The translations under genes and the position numbers were made by a program. From Candidatus Poribacteria bacterium (GTDB lineage: Bacteria; Poribacteria; WGA-4E; PCPOR2b): DNA of 64,000 nucleotides. The stretch spans positions 3,168,001-3,232,000 of the forward strand of contig OZ220744.1 in the NCBI GenBank assembly GCA_965116925.1. Direction: 5' to 3'. Within the stretch, counting starts at the first letter, position 1, and each line of letters begins with the position of its first letter. The notes beneath the pieces are model-generated. The model was given only the letters and a program-made list of their open reading frames with translations. It was not told the DNA's origin and searched no databases. Shown here in pieces: positions 57,134 to 64,000 of the stretch.

Positions 57134-58705
57134 ATGCCAAAACCACGCATCATGTTCTACCACGACGGACGCCATCCACACATCTACCGCTACGAACCAC
57201 CCATGCAGAAGGAGGAGTATCAAGCCTGCATTGACGAGTTAGTCGGTACGCCTATCGAGGCAGTAATGTTCTGCTTGGGAGAGGGACGCACCGTCCTGCA
57301 CGATACCAAAGTGGGTGAACTGCTGGGGCACAACGTAGACAAATGGGACCACCTCGTCTTCCACCGCGCCCACCAAAACGCCAAGAGCCTCATCAAGGCG
57401 GGGCATGATCCGCTGCGAATCGTCTGCGAGCGGGCACACGAGAAAGGGCTGCTACTCTACCCCACCTTGCTCGTCCAAAATTTCGGTCCGGAGACGGCGT
57501 CGGTACGCTGTTCAGATTTCCGCTGGGAGAACCGACATCTCGAAATCGGGGCCCGTGGCGACCTGAACCCCGATATGCCTTGGATCGACGGACTCGACTT
57601 CAAGCACCGAGAAGTCCAAGACGAACGTTTTGCCCTAATCGAGGAGACCTTGAATGAGTATCCGGTCGACGGATTTGAACTACAACTGAACAACTATCCG
57701 CGCTACTTTCACCCGGACGAAGTGAATGCAGGAATTGGGGTCATGACCGACTGGATCGGACGGGTGCACGAAGCGGTCAAAAAGAGCGGGACAGATCGAG
57801 AATTGGTCATCCGTGTTCCGTCCAATATAGAGGACGCTCTATCCATTGGACTGGACTTGGAGACGTGGGTGAAGCGGGGAATTGTGGATGCTTTGGTCGG
57901 TGAGCCCTTCTCCGCGCCACATCGGATAGATCCGAATACCGATTTCCGTCCACTGGCAGCAATGGTGAAAGACTCCGCCTGCCGCTGCATCGCAGCCATC
58001 CACAGCCATGTGGACTCGGACCGACTCGCTGAAGCACCCATCTCCATGGTCCGTGCCACAGCCTGTAACTACTGGGAGCAGGGGATCGACGGGCTTTACT
58101 TGGCACAGTGGTTTCCGCACTGGCCCTATCAGGCGGATTTCTACGAAAGGCTGCGCGAGATACCGCACCCCGACATCATGGAGGCAAAGGACAAATACTA
58201 CTATATCCCAACCGAGAACGCTCGCCCCCACGAACCTTGGGTGTCCACACAGCTACCGATTAAGATGGAAGTGAATAAACCAGCTACAGCGAAGTTCACT
58301 ATCAGTGACAATCTTCCGCGTTGGGACAAAATAGGACGGGTGCATGAGGTGCTATTAAGGGTAGGAATCGCCGGCACGACGGAGTTAGATCGGATTCGCT
58401 TCAGTCTTAACGGGAAAGCGTTACCGGAAAGGATAATGCGTAAGATCAATCAGATGTATCGTATGAGTGGACCGCGCAACCGATCCGGTCCTACATACTG
58501 GTTTATCTTCCCGCTAGATCGGGCGCATTTCCCCCAGCGCGGAGAAAATACGTTGGAGGTCACACTGCTTGAACGCGATCCTGATGTTCTCGGTGCAGTT
58601 TCTCTACGCGATGTTGAACTGGAGATTAAGTATTTAATGGGTAGGAGCTTTCATCGCGGTGATGTGGATCCTGACCTCGGACCTCACGGGTATGGGGTAT
58701 CATAG
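57134..58705 (+). CDS. Hypothetical protein, probable glycoside-hydrolase-like TIM barrel plus beta-sandwich
   Basis: AGGAGG RBS; LDF...YPVDGFEL; GIDGLYL. Confidence 0.65.
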   Translation: MPKPRIMFYHDGRHPHIYRYEPPMQKEEYQACIDELVGTPIEAVMFCLGEGRTVLHDTKVGELLGHNVDKWDHLVFHRAHQNAKSLIKAGHDPLRIVCERAHEKGLLLYPTLLVQNFGPETASVRCSDFRWENRHLEIGARGDLNPDMPWIDGLDFKHREVQDERFALIEETLNEYPVDGFELQLNNYPRYFHPDEVNAGIGVMTDWIGRVHEAVKKSGTDRELVIRVPSNIEDALSIGLDLETWVKRGIVDALVGEPFSAPHRIDPNTDFRPLAAMVKDSACRCIAAIHSHVDSDRLAEAPISMVRATACNYWEQGIDGLYLAQWFPHWPYQADFYERLREIPHPDIMEAKDKYYYIPTENARPHEPWVSTQLPIKMEVNKPATAKFTISDNLPRWDKIGRVHEVLLRVGIAGTTELDRIRFSLNGKALPERIMRKINQMYRMSGPRNRSGPTYWFIFPLDRAHFPQRGENTLEVTLLERDPDVLGAVSLRDVELEIKYLMGRSFHRGDVDPDLGPHGYGVS

Positions 58706-58953
58706 TAGGTTGGGTTGAACGGTTAAACGGCAACCCCTATCAACTACAAGAGAGGTTGCATCATTCAACAACATCTGCTTATAGACCGATAGAGTAAAAC
58801 CCAACTCCGTTTGTCATCGGGACGGCTCCTTTTGAAAACATTATTCCCTAAAAGTGGGCTTTTGTACCACGAACTGTTAGATTGCGATCTCCGTCCGCAA
58901 ACTAAAATTCGTTACGTTTCACTAATTTCTTGAATTTTCACTCAAGACAAGCG

Positions 58954-58982
58954 TTGACATAAAAAAGAGACCATGCTATAAT
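58954..58982 (+). promoter_or_regulatory. Consensus sigma-70 promoter
   Basis: TTGACA-17 bp-TATAAT with TG extension. Confidence 0.8.
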
Positions 58983-59174
58983 CAGTACATCCGAAACTGA
59001 AAATTTCATCAGTTCAGGCGACTATAAGAGTCGAGAACCCTATCCGAAAATTTCAATGAAATCGGGGCTGGGAGGTTTTGTCAATTAAACAAGCAGTCCT
59101 TTTTTCCCGGGTAAGCCCCAAATGAATCGTATGAACATTTTACCTGTTTTTCAGGAAGGAGCGTTAAATATAAA

Positions 59175-59942
59175 ATGAAGAAATGGATGAAACTGTCTGT
59201 TTGTGCCACGCTTTTAATATCTGTTGCGCTGCTAAGTGGTTGTACTAAAACAGTTGAGCCGCTTGATATCAGTAATTTTGAACGGATTGCCATCGCCCCG
59301 TTTTCGACGGAAAAAGAGTCCGCTGGAATGGAGCGCAGGTTTCCTTTGGATCTGTCTACGCAACTTAGCCTCGTAGAAAAGGACAAAGAGTGGATCTATG
59401 ATCAATCCGATACGCTCAATCCAATTGGTAGTGCGCTAGCAGCCCAGAACTTGACGCCGCAGGATATTTTCCTCGATCCTGCTCTCGCGGCAAAGGTAGG
59501 TCAGGCGGCAAATGCCGACATAATTATCGTGGGGCATATCAAAAATCCGAATCTTGATGAAAAATACGATAGCAACCCACTCTACGATATGAGTGCTCAG
59601 GCAGGGATATCCGGGACTACGAAATTTGTTATAGTCTATCAATGGGCAACACTTAAGATACAGGTGAAAGCCGTTGATACAAAATCCGGAAGCGTTATCT
59701 GGGACAATGGTGAGTTTACAGGCTATACAAGATATATCCGTGAATTTAACACCCAAGATCCAGCGAGACACACCAGCCGTATTGCGCCGGACCAATTAAA
59801 AGCTGATATTAGAAAACATATGCTCAACCAAATCGGTCATCAGCTCGTACCGGATAAAATCACCGCGCGTCCCGTGCCAGAAATTCTCATGAGACCCGAC
59901 CGCAAGCTGGTCAGATCAGGTGGGCAACCAGTTCTATGGTAA
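59175..59942 (+). CDS. Lipoprotein, possible CsgG/TolB-N-like fold
   Basis: LSGC lipobox; RIAIAPF..ADIIIVG..VDTKSGSVIW. Confidence 0.7.
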   Translation: MKKWMKLSVCATLLISVALLSGCTKTVEPLDISNFERIAIAPFSTEKESAGMERRFPLDLSTQLSLVEKDKEWIYDQSDTLNPIGSALAAQNLTPQDIFLDPALAAKVGQAANADIIIVGHIKNPNLDEKYDSNPLYDMSAQAGISGTTKFVIVYQWATLKIQVKAVDTKSGSVIWDNGEFTGYTRYIREFNTQDPARHTSRIAPDQLKADIRKHMLNQIGHQLVPDKITARPVPEILMRPDRKLVRSGGQPVLW

Positions 59943-60114
59943 GTGGCAGTTCTTGGAGGCAAATACATCTGATAGGGTGGGCACCGCCCACCCTATAGGC
60001 TACCAAGGTGGGTACTAGCCTGTAGGAGTAGTGGGTAAGTCAAGTGCTTAGAGTTCATAGGTTCAGAACTTCATTAATGGACCTATGAACTTTTTTTTAC
60101 GCTTCACGTTTCAC

Positions 60115-60903
60115 TTATGGTGTCCCCCGTCTCCCGCCGCCGTCCATGTATATAGAACTACCGAATATATATGAGCACGGCTCCGATGCCAAAAATGTCA
60201 CCACATTGGCAATCTCCTCCGGTTCAGCGATACGCCCCGCGGGGAGTTCCTTGCCGAGCTCTTCAAGGAGCTCTTCGACATCTATTCCCGCTTGATCCGC
60301 ACTAACTTGCTGCACATCGCGTGCCCGTTGGGTGTTAGTGAGTCCCGGACAGATTGTGTTCACCAAAATCCCATCTTTGGAGACCGCATCCGAAAGGGCG
60401 CGGGTCATATTCAAGATGGCGATATTGGCAAGGCTTACAGGGATGTTTCCACTAGTAGGGCTTGTTCCCGCACCACCGGCGACGTTGATAATACGACCCC
60501 AACCGTTCTCCCTCATGTGCGGAATCACAAGTTGGGACATCCGCAGATAACTGTAACTCTTCAAACTGAGTGCGTCATCAATCAACTCGGTGGGCAGGTC
60601 TAAAATATCGCTTCCCCTCGCTGCGCCTGCACAGTTGACCAAAATATCAACCCCGCCCAAGTGATCTACAGTCTCGCTCACAACTTTTTGGCAGCTTTCC
60701 AGAGATGTCAAGTCAACTGCAACAGCGTATCCCTCACCGCCGACACTGTTGATTTCGCCAATAACCTCATCTAAACGCCCTTGGTTCCGGGCGGTGATAC
60801 AAACACGCACCCCTTCACGTGCGAGTGCCAACGCACAGCACCGACCGATACCGCGACTCCCACCTGTTACAATTGCCCGCTTTCCCTTCAATCCTAAATC
60901 CAT
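60115..60903 (-). CDS. Short-chain dehydrogenase/reductase
   Basis: TGGSRGIG; DILVNCAG; VNTICPG; AGGAG RBS before ATG 60903. Confidence 0.9.
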   Translation of the reverse strand: MDLGLKGKRAIVTGGSRGIGRCCALALAREGVRVCITARNQGRLDEVIGEINSVGGEGYAVAVDLTSLESCQKVVSETVDHLGGVDILVNCAGAARGSDILDLPTELIDDALSLKSYSYLRMSQLVIPHMRENGWGRIINVAGGAGTSPTSGNIPVSLANIAILNMTRALSDAVSKDGILVNTICPGLTNTQRARDVQQVSADQAGIDVEELLEELGKELPAGRIAEPEEIANVVTFLASEPCSYIFGSSIYMDGGGRRGTP

Positions 60904-60979
60904 AGGTTTTCTCCTCTTTACAGTGTGGTGATAATCACGGTTTATCATAACACAAGCGACTAGGTTCTGTTAACAATTT

Positions 60980-61228
60980 CGCTCATGTTAAGATTTAGTG
61001 CAAAAAAAACCGAGTTTTTTTCAAAACTCGGTTTCTCTTCGTGTTCCGCAAGTCCCGATTCTCGGGCTGCTCGGAACGACAGCGGAATCCCGATGTGTCG
61101 GGACTTGCACTTTCTTTTTATAGTGAATTCAAAAAATAAAGAAACACTTGCACCCCCCGGTAGGTGCGGTTTGTAACCGCACCGGTTTGGCGTGTCCCAT
61201 TAATTCTAAAATCTACTATATATGAGCC
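60980..61228. mobile_element. Family G shell containing family A (61119-61220)
   Basis: GCTCATGTTAA...TATGAGCC; AAACCGAG hairpin. Confidence 0.65.
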
Positions 61229-61324
61229 AACATTTCACCGTAATCAGACAATCAAGCGAGGTGCACAGACACATAGTCCTTCGTAGGGGTTGGGTCTCCC
61301 AACCCTTTGTTCACACATTACTCA

Positions 61325-61930
61325 TCAGAACCGAACCGATAATGTCGCGAGCCAACCGTGCGGTGTCCTGTTGATGCCAATAGACGGTCGTTTTTTGGCG
61401 TCCTGTTCGTTAAAATAGTTAATCATCTTTGACCAGACCACTGCGTCAGTGATTCCGCCGGTGTAGATTATCGCTGTCATCAAGCCCGCACCTATCAACT
61501 GCACTCTCTTCCCTTTAACCACCCGCAGCCCGTCTGTTTTATGCCAATATACAGCGTTTAGCGTCGTGCCACCGCCGATGATAGTTGCCAAAAAGAAGCC
61601 GCTCCCCTTGAGGTACTGGTTATTATAGATTTGCCCAGAGCCGGGGATAAGCGCGGACAACAGACCGCTGAGCGTCGGGTCTTTCTGTATCGTCGGCAAA
61701 GGGGCAACCCTCGGCGCAGGGCGCGATGGACGCCGGTCTATCTTAACAACATCTTGCATACTATACGTAAACACCTTGCCCTTTGCCGTCTCTATCGCCA
61801 CAGACACATTGGGGATCTCCCTGATAACTGTGCCTTCGATAACAGTGCCATTTTTCAGGTGTATGGTATCTGCGATGGACGCCGTGACAACAGACATTCC
61901 GATAACTAGCAAACAGACACAAAGCCGCAT
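61325..61930 (-). CDS. Exported/membrane protein with DUF5683-like C-terminal half
   Basis: Signal peptide; DTIHLKNGTVIEG; SALIPGSGQIY. Confidence 0.7.
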   Translation of the reverse strand: MRLCVCLLVIGMSVVTASIADTIHLKNGTVIEGTVIREIPNVSVAIETAKGKVFTYSMQDVVKIDRRPSRPAPRVAPLPTIQKDPTLSGLLSALIPGSGQIYNNQYLKGSGFFLATIIGGGTTLNAVYWHKTDGLRVVKGKRVQLIGAGLMTAIIYTGGITDAVVWSKMINYFNEQDAKKRPSIGINRTPHGWLATLSVRF

Positions 61931-61947
61931 TTATTAACCTCCTATAT

Positions 61948-62247
61948 TAACCTAATAGGAGTTACGCAGTTCAGTTTGTAGTAGCGCAATTCATTGCGCG
62001 TCCCGACAGGCTCGCCCGACTATAAACCGAAAATCTGACTGTAGGGGCAACCCTTGTGGTTGCCCGCTTTGAGCGTTCAAGTGCGTAAGTCCTACCTAAG
62101 TTACTAATTATTAAAAATCCATCAGAACCTGTAGGTCGAGATTCACATCTCGACACAAAACCGTCGATTTTGGAAAATCGACCTACAGATTGTACGGGGA
62201 TTAGGGGATCCTGGTTTGAATATGCCGACAACTAGCAACCTGCGTTA
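61948..62247. mobile_element. Family C shell whose left TIR is interrupted by a family B element (61956-62094)
   Basis: TAACCTAA[B]CCTAAGTTACTA; CCTAA duplicated. Confidence 0.75.
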
Positions 62248-62259
62248 TATTCCGTTTGT

Positions 62260-62757
62260 TCAGTCCGGCACCACGACAAACGCCTGCGCCATCCGATAGC
62301 ACGCAAAATCAGAATCCCGTAGCGCGTAGAGTTTGAGTTCCCGTTGCTCTTTGGTGACATACTTCCATTCATGTGAGTAGGGGCGTATCTCCTCGTTGGT
62401 CAGCTCCCACCGCGTAAAGCCCAACACCTCCAAAGACTTCATCGGTGTGTGGAAAGGGATACGGTGGTAGATGGTGAACCCAATCGCTAGCCCGTCACGG
62501 AAACTTATCTTGAGCCTCGACCCGTCGAGCAGCCGATAGTTGGTAGTCTGAAGATGTTCCGCGTCGATAGTCGTCTCTGAATCGAGGTGAGACAGCCGCC
62601 TGTCGATGTAGTCGGGACTCCGCATCAAAAGCGGCACAATATCTATCGTCGTCCGATCGCCGTAATCCGAGCACAAACGAGGACCCCCCCGCCCTGGAAA
62701 CGCACAGCCTGCCAATAACATCATCATCAACAGATACCACACCATTTTTTGCGTCAA
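62260..62757 (-). CDS. Hypothetical lipoprotein
   Basis: LAGC lipobox; overlaps the upstream stop. Confidence 0.6.
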   Translation of the reverse strand: MTQKMVWYLLMMMLLAGCAFPGRGGPRLCSDYGDRTTIDIVPLLMRSPDYIDRRLSHLDSETTIDAEHLQTTNYRLLDGSRLKISFRDGLAIGFTIYHRIPFHTPMKSLEVLGFTRWELTNEEIRPYSHEWKYVTKEQRELKLYALRDSDFACYRMAQAFVVVPD

Positions 62758-63191
62758 TGTTTTCTCCTTCGTGATTTAAGCACATTCGACTCGAAGCGAA
62801 CTACAATCTCACGGCACATCGCTTGCAAGTTATCATATTTACTAGTCACAACCGCGAGCTGAACGTTCTCATACAACCCACCGGTCCGGGAGCGGACCAA
62901 TTCATCGGCTATCTTTGAATTGTCGAATATCCGCAACGCAGCGACCCCCAACGCTACGTTGTCCGATTCTTTCAACCCGACAATCTGCAACTCGTAGTGG
63001 TAGGGGAACCGGTCGACAACGGTCACATTCGGCAACCGTTCCAACATCTCGACCGTGTGCTGTGCAATCGCCGCATCCAAGCCGTTTTTGCCGGTTGCAT
63101 TCACCCACACCCGAACCTGAAGGGCAGACGGATCGGCTTGTGGGAACGCAAAGATTACCAACCACGCAGTGAAGATGGATCGTAAAAACAT
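62754..63191 (-). CDS. Hypothetical exported protein
   Basis: Hydrophobic N-terminus; operonic spacing. Confidence 0.55.
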   Translation of the reverse strand: MFLRSIFTAWLVIFAFPQADPSALQVRVWVNATGKNGLDAAIAQHTVEMLERLPNVTVVDRFPYHYELQIVGLKESDNVALGVAALRIFDNSKIADELVRSRTGGLYENVQLAVVTSKYDNLQAMCREIVVRFESNVLKSRRRKH

Positions 63192-63201
63192 CGTTTAAGA
63201 A

Positions 63202-63789
63202 TCACCCCTTGATCACGGTGACAAATTGCAGGATCTGCCGAGTCGCATTCCCAGCTGCATCTGCGACAGCAATTTCAATGATGTAGGTTTGTCCGTGAAT
63301 CAATTGTTGTCCTGCAAATACAGTCAGTGTCCCAGTCTGTCCCACCACATTGGAAAGCCAGTTGAGGTTGACCCCAGCCGGATCTGTCAACTTAATAATG
63401 CCTGTCACCGGCTCATTAAAATGGAACTGTAGACCAGTCGCATTGATTGGACCCGGATTCACATTATCTGACCCATGAGTCACCGTTCCGCTAAGCATCA
63501 CCGGCGGTGTCGAATCTACGGCCGGCGGCAGAACATTCACTGTTGGTGGTTGAACCGTTACTGCTGGTGGATGCACGTTCACCGTGGGCGGTTGAACCGT
63601 CACCTCTGTTGGCTGAATGGTTATATCCGGCGGTTGAACCGTTACCTCTGTCGGCTGAATAGTTACATCTGGTGGCTCAACATTTACCACGGGTGCCGGA
63701 GCGATGGGCGTATCTTCTTCAACGCCACAACCAAACAATCCTATCGCCACCAATACTATATACAGAAATCGCATTTTTTTCCTTTGCAC
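63202..63789 (-). CDS. Lipoprotein with 7-residue Pro/Val repeats and an Ig-like domain
   Basis: LFGC lipobox; about 8 VTVQPP[T/D]-type repeats; DSTPP..FNEPV..ADAAGN. Confidence 0.75.
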   Translation of the reverse strand: MQRKKMRFLYIVLVAIGLFGCGVEEDTPIAPAPVVNVEPPDVTIQPTEVTVQPPDITIQPTEVTVQPPTVNVHPPAVTVQPPTVNVLPPAVDSTPPVMLSGTVTHGSDNVNPGPINATGLQFHFNEPVTGIIKLTDPAGVNLNWLSNVVGQTGTLTVFAGQQLIHGQTYIIEIAVADAAGNATRQILQFVTVIKG

Positions 63790-63911
63790 AGTTTAAGGCT
63801 TGATGTAAGTTTACATCTTTACAAAAAACCCGATAAGAAAGCGTATAGGATATTTTCATCAAAAAAACTTGGAAAGAACGAAAAACAGTATTATGAAAAT
63901 TATTACCAATT

Positions 63912-64000
63912 TATAGTGGATCTTAGAATTAATGAGACACGCCAAACCGGTGCGGTGACAAACCGCACCTACCGGGGGCGAAAGTATCTATTTATTTTTT
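63912..64000 (-). mobile_element. Family A MITE, reverse orientation, cut by window edge
   Basis: TATAGTGGATCTTAGAATTAATG..GGTGCGGT..ACCGCACCTACC. Confidence 0.8.

Noticed and set aside
468..62247. Integron attC cassette array
   Set aside because: No integrase, flanking genes are ordinary and in both orientations, and the elements show TIR/TSD or GTAG signatures instead
900..63432. Numerous short antisense or overlapping ORFs inside long genes
   Set aside because: Shadow frames of well-supported CDS with no recognisable motifs

Overview
Gene-dense bacterial chromosomal window, about 50% GC by eye. I infer Candidatus Poribacteria or a relative from the dockerin + FlgD/T9SS-like-tailed protein, PhyH dioxygenase, membrane-anchored ECF sigma and scattered microcompartment genes. 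Coding content: two separated microcompartment mini-operons (BMC-H/pduL/flavoprotein-like; BMC-H/acylating aldehyde dehydrogenase); an envelope locus (1111-aa acidic lipoprotein, ExbB fused to a periplasmic domain, two ExbD, no TonB in view); an NtrC-type activator; rhomboid-TPR; a polymerase-degenerate PolX-PHP; an Hfq-like protein; nadC; many sugar/redox enzymes; and one IS630. The most striking signal is non-coding. Most large intergenic gaps hold nested miniature elements: at least seven terminal-inverted-repeat families with different target-duplication lengths, carrying a shared pool of GTAG-initiated REP-like hairpins. They insert into each other, one duplicates a ribosome-binding site, they form tandem arrays, and a related palindrome sits in frame inside two proteins. 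No CRISPR array, tRNA or rRNA was seen. All alignments and domain calls were made by eye.
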